From Eledone cirrhosa (lineage: Eukaryota), in NCBI GenBank assembly GCA_964016885.1, contig OZ024741.1, positions 313,906,001 through 313,970,000 of the forward strand: 64,000 bases of DNA, in the 5' to 3' direction. Numbering within the stretch: position 1 is the stretch's first letter; the number at the start of each line of letters is the position of its first letter. The notes under the pieces were generated by a model. That model saw nothing but the letters and a program-made list of their open reading frames with translations, did no database searches and was not told where the DNA came from. Shown here in pieces: positions 36,923 to 50,437 of this stretch. The position numbers and the translations under genes were made by a program.

Positions 36923-38580
36923 GCTTTATTTATTAACCACAAGGCTTTATATAAAGTAGACATTAAGGACAGTACAGGACAATACAGGACGGTGCAAATG
37001 GGCATTTATGCGTGTAAAAAAAACAAAAACAGGATGTAACAAAAAATAACAATGAAAAATTCCCTAATAGAGGGGAGGCTTGAGAGGGACATTTGTGGAG
37101 AAAGCCCATTAAAAGGCCACAGTGACCCTGACCACCAGGGCAAGTGCCCTCTCCCTGTTTTCCACCTTTAATTTACAGAGACATACTCAGAGTTTCCCAT
37201 TCACACGGGCCATTGTTGCTTCTCTCACCCATCTTTCAACAAAATGCTGGGAAGAGAGCACTTCCCTCTCTACCCTGATTTTCCTTTTCAAATGAAGTTT
37301 GAAAAAGTTAATCAGGGCATCGTACTCGTCTTCAGTACTCGTCTTCAGTCCCTTCAAACGTGTCCATCATACTATCTCTTTCGTCATGGCCACCAGACAG
37401 ATAAAAACTACCTGCCCTTCGAGGCTAAAGGAAGAGGGCGGGGCAATCCTCACGATGGACTCAGCTGATAGCTGGATCCGTCCTACACGTGACAGCAGGT
37501 GTTCGACATAAACCCACAAGTCAACAATGCCCGAACACTGGACGACTGCGTGGAGGATGGTTTCGTCGCCCTGCGCGCATCTCGGACATGCCCGGCTGAT
37601 GGCACCTCCATGCCTGTAGAGTTTATCCCGAACTGGCAAATCTCCTCGGTAGCACTGCCAGGCGAAGGATTTCTGGAAGTTGTCCATTGGCCCCGGCCCG
37701 AGAGTCCTACCGAAGAGATTGGCTAGTTGAAGTACGTCGTCGCTCTTCCCCTCCACTAAACCTCTATAGAACGCCAAGGTGGAGTTTCCACCGATCACAT
37801 TGCCCGATTGGTCGAAGTCTGTGAGCGCCCGAAGACATTCCATTCGCCAAGCGCTCCCTCTCGGTCTTCGCTGGACCCAGGACTGCAGCTCCGTCAAGGA
37901 GACGAGCTGGAAAAAAGACGCGTCTAGCAAACGGCGACCACACCTGATCACCGTCGAGGAAGAGGTGGAGATGTCGTAGCCTGAGCGCGTGTCTGCGCAT
38001 CATCGGCCACGGCATGCCCAACCGTCCACGTAGCGGGAGTTGACAGCAGATGGACCGCCTGACCATCGGAGCGCGTCCCTTCCACAAAAAGCGAAAGAGC
38101 AAACGCTCCAGCGCAGTTAGGCGGGGCTTAGGACAAGGTACGACGGTCAGGCGGTAGTAGATGACGGACGCGATGTACGCGTTAGCCACCACCGCTCGAC
38201 CTTTCAGGGATAGCTTCCTCTCCGCCCATTTCTGGGTGAGTGAAGCCACCCTGCTCGTCACCTCGTCCCAGCTTTTGTGCGTCTGGAGGTCCGGACCGAA
38301 CCAGACTCCAAGCAATTTAACCGGTCCGTCCGTCTAGCGCCCGACGACGATGTTGGACGGCATGGACCTGCCTCTCCAGGTGCCGAGCTGCAGGCTCTCT
38401 GACTTTTCCTGGTTGATTATTGCTCCTGTCACTGCTTCGTATTCTCTTAGTGTAGTGCCTTTCGCCTCGATGTATTTGGCGTTCGACACCACTACGGTGA
38501 CATCGTCCTCATATGCTGTCACGGATCTTCTGCATCCTAGTTCACGCGCGTCCCCCTCAACGTCTCCAGTTTGTGCAGTA
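36923..38580 (-). mobile_element. 5'-truncated Tx1-like copy, with ATTATT at its 3' end and (ATT)n at its 5' end
   Basis: Homologous to 50194-51872; (AAT)n at 38582-38624. Confidence 0.92.
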
Positions 38581-38624
<44 letters not shown>

Positions 38625-39270
38625 TTATTTATTGGCCACAAGGCCTGACGTCAAGAAAAATATTACTGACGGCACAGGACGGTACAGGACGGTACGATGT
38701 GGGTTTTGTGCATGTAAATATTTTTATTATTTATATAAGAAAACAAAAAAAAAGGACATAGAAACATATATATATATAAACAATAAAAATGCAAATTGAA
38801 ACAATGAAAAATTCCCCAATAGAAAGGAAACCTCCGAGGGTTACTCGTAACGAAAACCATACAAAAGACTACGGCCACCCTGACCACCAGCGCAAGCGCC
38901 CTCTCTCAATGTTTCCATTTCTCAAACTACAGACTATATTCAGAGTGGTTGCGTTCACTTGGACCATTCTCGCTACATTCACCCACCTTTCAACAAACTT
39001 GCTAGAAAGCAGCATTTGCCTCACCACCATGATTTTCCTCTTCAAGTGAAACTTGAAAAAGTTAATTAGGGATTCGCCGAAGAGGAAATTGTCTGTCTTT
39101 AACTATTTTAACCTTTTTAACTGGTCCGTTGTACCACGAGACATCTTTCGGCATCCTTTCTGTTCGTCCGGTAACACGTTGTTTGTGGGGAGGTGATGGT
39201 AGATTTCCTCAGACATAATGATTGTCAACAGTTTCCACATTACGGACATATATGCGATAGGTCTATAGTT
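38625..39270 (-). mobile_element. Tx1-like 3' end (38625-39117) joined to a minus-strand R4/Dong RT fragment (39118-39270); duplicated at 45269-45914
   Basis: Similar to 25930-26425 and to the reverse complement of ~58050-58200. Confidence 0.85.
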
Positions 39271-39749
39271 ACCTCAACTTCTATTTCTACTTCAACTTCA
39301 ACACCATCACTACAGTACTACGATCACATCACCTCCACCACTGCCTCATTATCGCTACCGCCACTATTCTCTCCCACTACCTCATGCTAAGTACTACTAG
39401 CACAGCACCACCACCATCACCATTGCCTCATTATCACTATCGCCGCTATTCTCTCCCACTACCTCCTGCTAAGATATGCATCGTAGTGTCCCCACTAAAA
39501 GAGGAAGGCTTCAAAAGATATGAATAGAATGATTTGATGACCCGGTCAAAAAATCAAAAAAACAAAAATCAAAATCAAAGCAGCACAGCAACAACGAAAA
39601 ACGTAAAGAAAAGAAAAATGAAAAGAAAAACAAACAGACAGACAGAGAAGGGAAGGGAAAAACTAAGTCAGACATTCAAACATTACTTTACAATGAAACT
39701 TATGCTTATTCTTTTCTTTTTTTGCCTATTTGTTTGTTTATTTATATTC

Positions 39750-42700
39750 GTCTACAGCGTGATAGCGCCACACAAAATTCACCGGGAGTGTAGAAATCAC
39801 AGGTGGTGATGAAATCACCGGTGGTTATGTAACCATACATTCACCAATCTTCGATAAGAGTGTTTAAATGTCTAACCTATACAGTTCGAATAACGGTGAG
39901 GTGGAGACTGGAACGTCATGTGACAGACTCTCACCCAGCAGGTGCTCCCTGGCTCAGCAGCAGGGACCTGGCTGTCAACCAAATACTTGTTTCTACTTTA
40001 GGCACAAGGCCAGCAATTACCCAGTGCATTACTGGTACTTTATGTTATCGACCCCGTAAGGATGAAAGGCAAAGTCAACCTCGGCGGGATTTGAACTCAG
40101 ATCGTAAAGGGACGTAACTATGCTTGAAAGCATGGCGTCCGACCCTCTACCGATACTGCCAATCCACCGCCCTGTCAACCAAATACTGCTGGTGTCGGAG
40201 GAAGAAGAAGAAGGAAAAGGACCAGAACCAACTGGACGAAAGTGTTGAATAGAACAGTCATGCAATGTTACCTGAAGAGTAACCCCAAGGAAAAGGCTAT
40301 AGGAAACGGATGCATAACATCTGGAACGAGATTGGTCTATTTAAATTAGATGAACAAAAATTGGCCGGGCAGGCTCGGGTAATAAGAACTAATGGGTGGA
40401 TAAGCGAGCTGGAACTGGAGGAACTGAGCAGAGAGATTAGGTTGGAAATGGAGAGTGGAGTATGCCAGGCAAACGAGCCAGTGGGAAATGAAGGTGAAGA
40501 GGTTGAGAAAACGGAGGAACCATCCGAAGCAGGCAATGATCTGAATGCTGAAATAAATAATACCTGGAACAGAGATACGGCCATTGAGGAGATGAACGGT
40601 GACGGGCTAGGACAAGATTTGGTTGATATCCTAAACTTAGTGGTAGATGAATTGAACAATGATAGTGGGAAACCTATGAACCTAAGATTTGTAGACAGGA
40701 AAAAGTTAAAAGAAACAACAGCTAAGTAAACAAAGTCATCCCATACCTTGAGGCGAGGAGCCTTCACCAGTGCAACAATATCCTCAAAGCAACAGCAAAT
40801 ACGGTGAGGAAATTACTTGGTATAAAAGCGAGCGGAAACAACAAACAAGAAAGATCAGAGCCTTGGGGGAAGAGACGACTGAATGGTCAAATCAGGGAAA
40901 TGAGAAATGACATTGGAAAGCTTGAGTCCCTATTGAATGGGACATTAAAAAAATATAGATACTAAAAATAGACGGGAAATAAAGTACAAAACTAGGAGGA
41001 AAAAGCTAAATATTATCATAGAGGAACTGAAGCAACGCATTGTAGTAAAGAGTGCAAAAATTGGGCGATCTGAGAGCAGAGTCAGTCAATATAGACAGAA
41101 CCGCATGTTTGACAACAACCAGAAGATGCTGTTTGGACAGTTTGAAAGGAAAGAAAGAGGCAACGATTGATCCCTTAGGCGGAACAAACTAAGACGTTCT
41201 GGAGAGGAATATGGGAGCAGGATGTTAAACATAATGACTAGGCGGTGTGGATTGAGACGATACAAAAGGAGATTAGTGAACAGGCACACCAACAAACTGA
41301 TTTGAGTGTCACAGTTGAAACTCTTAAGCGGGAGGCCAAAAAACTAACCAACTGGAAATCACCAGGCCCAGATGGTGTGCAGGGTTATTGGATAAAAAAT
41401 ATAACATCCCTCCACCCGAAACTGACAACCATGTTCAATGACTGCTTGATGTCAGGTGAGGTACCAGGGTAGTTGACAAAAGGTACCACAGATCTGGTAA
41501 TGAAAGACCGAATCAAGGGTAATGATGTTACCAACTATAGACGTATCACATGTCTGTCCGTAATGTGGAAACTGTTGACAAGCATTGTCTGAGGAAATCT
41601 ACCACCAATTCCACACAAACAACTTGTTACCGGACGAACAGAAAGGATGCCGAAAGAAGTCCCGTGGTACAAAGGACCAGTTACTTATTGATAAGATGGT
41701 AATGAGGAATTGCAAGAGGAGACACACTGGTCTTGTCATGGGATGGATAGACTACAAAAAGGCATTTGACATGGTGCCCAATTCTTGGATCACCCAAAGC
41801 CTAGAGCTCTTCAAGATGGCAGATAACATCAGACAGTTGTTGGGCAAAAGTATGAAGTCCTGGAAAACAGAGTTAACATCAGCTGGAGAATCCTTGGGAG
41901 GCGTGAAGATCAAGAGAGGTGTCTTCCAGGGAGATAGTTTTTCCCCTCTGTTGTTTGTCCTTGCCCTGATGCCTCTGAACATTATACTGCGAAAAGTGAG
42001 AGCAGGATACAAGTTGGGAAAGGGAGAGCTTACCATCAATCACCTCCTCTTCACGGACGATATTAAGCTCTTCGGGAAGAGTGAGAAGGAGTTGGATGTG
42101 CTTGTTGACACTGTCCCTATTTTCAGCAATGATATATGTATGCAATTTGGTATTACTAAGTGTGGAGTCCTTGTGATGAAGAGGATAAATTGAGCAGAAT
42201 AAACGGAATCCCGGTACCAACAGGTGAGATGATAAAGAAAATTGACACTGAAGAAGGATACAAGTATTTGGGTGTTCTGGAGGCTGATAACATCAAAAAC
42301 AAAAAAAAATGAAGGAATTGATAAGATCTGAATACATTCGGAGAGTAGGAAAGGTATTTAAGTCACATCTGAACAGTAGGAATGCCATAAGTGCAGTAAA
42401 TTCCCGAGCTGTGTTTATTATTATGTACAGTGCGGGAATTCTGAGATGGAATGTTGCTAAACAAAAAAGAAATGGATAGGACGACTAGGAAGCTATTGAC
42501 TATCTACAACATGTTCCACAAGAGGAGTGATGTCGATAGACTCTACTTAAGGAGATCTGAGCATGGAAGAGGTCTTATCAGCATAGATGACTGTGTTCAG
42601 ATGGAGAAAAACAACCTACACAAATACGTGACTGATAGTAAGGAACCAATGCTCAGAACTGTACTGAAGGAGAGGACAATAGACGAGGGGATGTCCAAGG

Positions 42701-43549
42701 AGGAAAAAACAACGAGGAGAAAGAGCAGCGTTCAGGAAAAATCCCTTCATAGTACTTTCTTTGAGAAAACTGAATTCAGAGATCCACAGACATGGAACTG
42801 GTTGAAAAGAGGAGACCTTAAAAAGTCTACATATTGAATGTTAATGAATGCGCAAGAGCAGGCCCTCAAAACGAAGTGGTTGAAACACCATATTTACAAG
42901 GAGAAGGCTAGCCCACTGTGCAGGTTCTGTGGAGAGAGAGACAGGGAGACTGTGGCTCACATTGTATCCGAGTGTTAACACCTAGCCCAGACTCACTATA
43001 AGGGCTGGAGACATGATGTGATGGGCAGGGTGGTCCTATGCAAAGTAACCAATTTACCACATTCTGAGAAGTGGTATGAGCATAATCCAGAGTCGGTGAT
43101 AGAAAACGATCAGGTGAAGGTGCTGTGGGATTTTAGGATACAGACGGACAATAAACTGGAACACAATAGACCTGACCTGGTGGTTTTGGACAAAGAAAAA
43201 AGATCGTGCCTGATTGTGGATGTGGCCTGCCCACCGAGAGTGCAAGAGAAGGAGAGGGAGAAAATTAACCGCTACAAGGACTTAAATTGGGAGGAAAAAA
43301 GGATTTGGAACTGCCATGAAGTCAAAGGCGCACTAGGTACTATCTCAAAAAGTTTCCAGGGATGGTTAAAGAAAATTGGCCCAGCCGCGCATTTTGGAAC
43401 GCTTCAAAAGGCATGCTTGCTGGGAACAGCCGATACGTCCTGAACATCTGAGGCTGCAGGTAGTGGCTTGATATTCATTTCCACAAACTTTCCAGTTAAC
43501 TAACATCAATGACTGAGACTCAAAGAATAATAATAATAATAATAATAAT
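39750..43549 (+). mobile_element. Near full-length degenerate R4/Dong-like RLE retrotransposon (ORF from ATG 39868), (AAT)8 tail
   Basis: N-terminal RTNWTKVLNRTVMQCYLKSNP..YRKRMHNIW, RT, CCHC, RLE; many stops and frameshifts. 5' end approximate. Confidence 0.92.
39988..40171 (-). mobile_element. Full-length SINE with 16-bp TSD, inserted in the RLE element ORF
   Basis: TSD ctgtcaaccaaatact at 39972-39987 and 40172-40187; A/B boxes present. Confidence 0.93.
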
Positions 43550-45227
43550 GTTTTCTTTATTAACCACAAGGGTTTACATAAAGTAGACATTAAGGACAGT
43601 ACAGGACAATACAGGACGGTACAAATGGGCATTTCTGCGTGTAAAAAAAACAGAGGTTGAAATAAAATAACAAAGAAAAATTCCCCAATAGGGGGGAGGC
43701 TTCCGAGGGACATTTGTGGAGAAAGCCCATTAAAAGACCACAGTGGCCCTGACCACCAGGGCAAGTGCCCTCTCCCAGTTTTCCACCTTTAATTTACAGA
43801 CACATACTCAGAGAAGGCCCATTCATTCGGGCCATACTTGCTTCTCTCACCCATCTTTCAACAAAATGCTGGGAAGAGACCACTTCACTCTCTACCCTGA
43901 TTTTCCTTTTCAAATGAAATTTGAAAAAGTTAATTAGGGCATCACCGAAGTGGTAAGTGCTCGTCTTCAGCCCTTTCAAACGTGTCCACCATACTATCTC
44001 TTTCGCCATGGCCACCAGACAGATAAAAACTGCCTGCCCTTCCCGGCTAAAGGAAGGGGGCGTGGCAATCCTCACGATGGACTCAGCTGATAGCTGGATC
44101 CGTCCTACACGTGACAGCAGGTGTTCGACATAAACCCACAAGTCAGCAATGCTCGGACACTGGACGAGTGCATGCAGGACGGTTTCGTCGCCCTGCGCGC
44201 ATCTCGGACATGCCCGGCTGACGGCACCTCCATGCGTGTAGAGTTTATCCCGAACTGGCAAAGCTCCTCGGTAGCACTGCCAGGCCAGGGATTTCTGGAA
44301 GTTGTCCATAGGCCCCGGCCCGAAAGTCCTTCCGAAGAGATTGGCTAGTTGATTTTCGTTGACGCCTAGAGTTTCTCCAAGTACGTCGTCGCTCTTCCCC
44401 TCCACTAATCCCCTATAGAACGCCAAGGTGGAGTTTCCACCGATCACATTGCCCGATTGGACGAGGGCTGTGAGCGCCTGAAGACATTCCAGTCTCCAAG
44501 CGCTCCCTCTCGGTCTTCGCTTGACCCAGGAGTGCAGCTCCGTCAAGGAGACGAGTTGGGAAAAAACGTGTCTATCAAACGGCGACCACACCTGATCACC
44601 GTCGAGGAAGAGGTGGAGATGTCGTAGCCTGAGCGCGTGTCTGCGCATCATCAGCCACGGCATGCCCAGCCCTCCACGTAGCGGGTGTTGACAGCAGATG
44701 GACCGCCTGACCATCGGAGCGCGTCCCTTCCACAAGAAGCGAAAGAGCAGACGCTCCAGCGCAGTCAGGCGGGGCTTAGGACAAGGTACGACGGTCAGGC
44801 GGTAGTAGATGACGGATGCGATGTACGCATTCGCCACCTCCGCTCGACCGTTCAGGGATAGCTTCCTCTCGGTCCATTTTTGGGTTAGAGAAGCCACCCT
44901 GCTCGTCACCTCGTCCCAGTTTTTGTCCGTCTGGAGGTCTGGACCGAACCAGACCCCTAGCAATTTAACCGGTCCGTCCGTCCAGCGCCCGACGACGCTG
45001 TTGGACGGCATGGACCTGCCTCTCCAGGTGCCGAGCTGCAGGCCCACTGACCTTTCCTGGTTGATCATTGCTCCTGTCACCGCCTCGTATTCTCTTAGTG
45101 TAGTGCCGATCGCCTCAATTGTTTGGCGTTCGACACCACTACGGTGACATCGTCCTCATATGCTGTCACGGATCTTCTGCATCCTAGTTCACGCGCGTCC
45201 CCCTCAACGTCTCCAGTTTGTGCAGTA
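43550..45227 (-). mobile_element. Chimeric truncated Tx1-like copy at the duplication junction
   Basis: 43550-45154 matches 50194-51798; 45122-45227 matches 38475-38580. Confidence 0.92.
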
Positions 45228-45268
<41 letters not shown>

Positions 45269-46393
45269 TTATTTATTGGCCACAAGGCCTGACGTCAAGA
45301 AAAATATTACTGACGGCACAGGACGGTACAGGACGGTACGATGTGGGTTTTGTGCATGTAAATATTTTTATTATTTATATAAGAAAACAAAAAAAAAGGA
45401 CATAGAAACATATATATATATAAACAATAAAAATGCAAATTGAAACAATGAAAAATTCCCCAATAGAAAGGAAACCTCCGAGGGTTACTCGTAACGAAAA
45501 CCATACAAAAGACTACGGCCACCCTGACCACCAGCGCAAGCGCCCTCTCTCAATGTTTCCATTTCTCAAACTACAGACTATATTCAGAGTGGTTGCGTTC
45601 ACTTGGACCATTCTCGCTACATTCACCCACCTTTCAACAAACTTGCTAGAAAGCAGCATTTGCCTCACCACCATGATTTTCCTCTTCAAGTGAAACTTGA
45701 AAAAGTTAATTAGGGATTCGCCGAAGAGGAAATTGTCTGTCTTTAACTATTTTAACCTTTTTAACTGGTCCGTTGTACCACGAGACATCTTTCGGCATCC
45801 TTTCTGTTCGTCCGGTAACACGTTGTTTGTGGGGAGGTGATGGTAGATTTCCTCAGACATAATGATTGTCAACAGTTTCCACATTACGGACATATATGCG
45901 ATAGGTCTATAGTTACCTCAACTTCTATTTCTACTTCAACTTCAACACCATCACTACAGTACTACGATCACATCACCTCCACCACTGCCTCATTATCGCT
46001 ACCGCCACTATTCTCTCCCACTACCTCATGCTAAGTACTACTAGCACAGCACCACCACCATCACCATTGCCTCATTATCACTATCGCCGCTATTCTCTCC
46101 CACTACCTCCTGCTAAGATATGCATCGTAGTGTCCCCACTAAAAGAGGAAGGCTTCAAAAGATATGAATAGAATGATTTGATGACCCGGTCAAAAAATCA
46201 AAAAAACAAAAATCAAAATCAAAGCAGCACAGCAACAACGAAAAACGTAAAGAAAAGAAAAATGAAAAGAAAAACAAACAGTCAGACAGAGAAGGGAAGG
46301 GAAAAACTAAGTCAGACATTCAAACATTACTTTACAATGAAACTTATGCTTATTCTTTTCTTTTTTTGCCTATTTGTTTGTTTATTTATATTC

Positions 46394-49300
46394 GTCTACA
46401 GCGTGATAGCGCCACACAAAATTCACCGGGAGTGTAGAAATCACAGGTGGTGATGAAATCACCGGTGGTTATGTAACCATACATTCACCAATCTTCGATA
46501 AGAGTGTTTAAATGTCTAACCTATACAGTTCGAATAACGGTGAGGTGGAGACTGGAACGTCATGTGACAGACTCTCACCCAGCAGGTGCTCCCTGGCTCA
46601 GCAGCAGGGACCTGGCTGTCAACCAAATACTTGTTTCTACTTTAGGCACAAGGCCAGCAATTACCCAGTGCATTACTGGTACTTTATGTTATCGACCCCG
46701 TAAGGATGAAAGGCAAAGTAAACCTCGGCGGGATTTGAACTCAGATCGTAAAGGGACGTAACTATGCTTGAAAGCATGGCGTCCGACCCTCTACCGATAC
46801 TGCCAATCCACCGCCCTGTCAACCAAATACTGCTGGTGTCGGAGGAAGAAGAAGAAGGAAAAGGACCAGAACCAACTGGACGAAAGTGTTGAATAGAACA
46901 GTCATGCAATGTTACCTGAAGAGTAACCCCAAGGAAAAGGCTATAGGAAACGGATGCATAACATCTGGAACGAGATTGGTCTATTTAAATTAGATGAACA
47001 AAAATTGGCCGGGCAGGCTCGGGTAATAAGAACTAATGGGTGGATAAGCGAGCTGGAACTGGAGGAACTGAGCAGAGAGATTAGGTTGGAAATGGAGAGT
47101 GGAGTATGCCAGGCAAACGAGCCAGTGGGAAATGAAGGTGAAGAGGTTGAGAAAACGGAGGAACCATCCGAAGCAGGCAATGATCTGAATGCTGAAATAA
47201 ATAATACCTGGAACAGAGATACGGCCATTGAGGAGATGAACGGTGACGGGCTAGGACAAGATTTGGTTGATATCCTAAACTTAGTGGTAGATGAATTGAA
47301 CAATGATAGTGGGAAACCTATGAACCTAAGATTTGTAGACAGGAAAAAGTTAAAAGAAACAACAGCTAAGTAAACAAAGTCATCCCATACCTTGAGGCGA
47401 GGAGCCTTCACCAGTGCAACAATATCCTCAAAGCAACAGCAAATACGGTGAGGAAATTACTTGGTATAAAAGCGAGCGGAAACAACAAACAAGAAAGATC
47501 AGAGCCTTGGGGGAAGAGACGACTGAATGGTCAAATCAGGGAAATGAGAAATGACATTGGAAAGCTTGAGTCCCTATTGAATGGGACATTAAAAAAATAT
47601 AGATACTAAAAATAGACGGGAAATAAAGTACAAAACTAGGAGGAAAAAGCTAAATATTATCATAGAGGAACTGAAGCAACGCATTGTAGTAAAGAGTGCA
47701 AAAATTGGGCGATCTGAGAGCAGAGTCAGTCAATATAGACAGAACCGCATGTTTGACAACAACCAGAAGATGCTGTTTGGACAGTTTGAAAGGAAAGAAA
47801 GAGGCAACGATTGATCCCTTAGGCGGAACAAACTAAGACGTTCTGGAGAGGAATATGGGAGCAGGATGTTAAACATAATGACTAGGCGGTGTGGATTGAG
47901 ACGATACAAAAGGAGATTAGTGAACAGGCACACCAACAAACTGATTTGAGTGTCACAGTTGAAACTCTTAAGCGGGAGGCCAAAAAACTAACCAACTGGA
48001 AATCACCAGGCCCAGATGGTGTGCAGGGTTATTGGATAAAAAATATAACATCCCTCCACCCGAAACTGACAACCATGTTCAATGACTGCTTGATGTCAGG
48101 TGAGGTACCAGGGTAGTTGACAAAAGGTACCACAGATCTGGTAATGAAAGACCGAATCAAGGGTAATGATGTTACCAACTATAGACGTATCACATGTCTG
48201 TCCGTAATGTGGAAACTGTTGACAAGCATTGTCTGAGGAAATCTACCACCAATTCCACACAAACAACTTGTTACCGGACGAACAGAAAGGATGCCGAAAG
48301 AAGTCCCGTGGTACAAAGGACCAGTTACTTATTGATAAGATGGTAATGAGGAATTGCAAGAGGAGACACACTGGTCTTGTCATGGGATGGATAGACTACA
48401 AAAAGGCATTTGACATGGTGCCCAATTCTTGGATCACCCAAAGCCTAGAGCTCTTCAAGATGGCAGATAACATCAGACAGTTGTTGGGCAAAAGTATGAA
48501 GTCCTGGAAAACAGAGTTAACATCAGCTGGAGAATCCTTGGGAGGCGTGAAGATCAAGAGAGGTGTCTTCCAGGGAGATAGTTTTTCCCCTCTGTTGTTT
48601 GTCCTTGCCCTGATGCCTCTGAACATTATACTGCGAAAAGTGAGAGCAGGATACAAGTTGGGAAAGGGAGAGCTTACCATCAATCACCTCCTCTTCACGG
48701 ACGATATTAAGCTCTTCGGGAAGAGTGAGAAGGAGTTGGATGTGCTTGTTGACACTGTCCCTATTTTCAGCAATGATATATGTATGCAATTTGGTATTAC
48801 TAAGTGTGGAGTCCTTGTGATGAAGAGGATAAATTGAGCAGAATAAACGGAATCCCGGTACCAACAGGTGAGATGATAAAGAAAATTGACACTGAAGAAG
48901 GATACAAGTATTTGGGTGTTCTGGAGGCTGATAACATCAAAAACAAAAAAAAATGAAGGAATTGATAAGATCTGAATACATTCGGAGAGTAGGAAAGGTA
49001 TTTAAGTCACATCTGAACAGTAGGAATGCCATAAGTGCAGTAAATTCCCGAGCTGTGTTTATTATTATGTACAGTGCGGGAATTCTGAGATGGAATGTTG
49101 CTAAACAAAAAAGAAATGGATAGGACGACTAGGAAGCTATTGACTATCTACAACATGTTCCACAAGAGGAGTGATGTCGATAGACTCTACTTAAGGAGAT
49201 CTGAGCATGGAAGAGGTCTTATCAGCATAGATGACTGTGTTCAGATGGAGAAAAACAACCTACACAAATACGTGACTGATAGTAAGGAACCAATGCTCAG

Positions 49301-50193
49301 AACTGTACTGAAGGAGAGGACAATAGACGAGGGGATGTCCAAGGAGGAAAAAACAACGAGGAGAAAGAGCAGCGTTCAGGAAAAATCCCTTCATAGTACT
49401 TTCTTTGAGAAAACTGAATTCAGAGATCCACAGACATGGAACTGGTTGAAAAGAGGAGACCTTAAAAAGTCTACATATTGAATGTTAATGAATGCGCAAG
49501 AGCAGGCCCTCAAAACGAAGTGGTTGAAACACCATATTTACAAGGAGAAGGCTAGCCCACTGTGCAGGTTCTGTGGAGAGAGAGACAGGGAGACTGTGGC
49601 TCACATTGTATCCGAGTGTTAACACCTAGCCCAGACTCACTATAAGGGCTGGAGACATGATGTGATGGGCAGGGTGGTCCTATGCAAAGTAACCAATTTA
49701 CCACATTCTGAGAAGTGGTATGAGCATAATCCAGAGTCGGTGATAGAAAACGATCAGGTGAAGGTGCTGTGGGATTTTAGGATACAGACGGACAATAAAC
49801 TGGAACACAATAGACCTGACCTGGTGGTTTTGGACAAAGAAAAAAGATCGTGCCTGATTGTGGATGTGGCCTGCCCACCGAGAGTGCAAGAGAAGGAGAG
49901 GGAGAAAATTAACCGCTACCAGGACTTAAATTGGGAGGAAAAAAGGATTTGGAACTGCCATGAAGTCAAAGGCGCACTAGGTACTATCTCAAAAAGTTTC
50001 CAGGGATGGTTAAAGAAAATTGGCCCAGCCGCGCATTTTGGAACGCTTCAAAAGGCATGCTTGCTGGGAACAGCCGATACGTCCTGAACATCTGAGGCTG
50101 CAGGTAGTGGCTTGATATTCATTTCCACAAACTTTCCAGTTAACTAACATCAATGACTGAGACTCAAAGAATAATAATAATAATAATAATAAT
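46394..50193 (+). mobile_element. Duplicate of the degenerate R4/Dong-like element, including its SINE (46632-46815)
   Basis: Same ORF fragments at +6644. Confidence 0.92.
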
Positions 50194-50437
50194 GTTTTCT
50201 TTATTAACCACAAGGGTTTACATAAAGTAGACATTAAGGACAGTACAGGACAATACAGGACGGTACAAATGGGCATTTCTGCGTGTAAAAAAAACAGAGG
50301 TTGAAATAAAATAACAAAGAAAAATTCCCCAATAGGGGGGAGGCTTCCGAGGGACATTTGTGGAGAAAGCCCATTAAAAGACCACAGTGGCCCTGACCAC
50401 CAGGGCAAGTGCCCTCTCCCAGTTTTCCACCTTTAAT

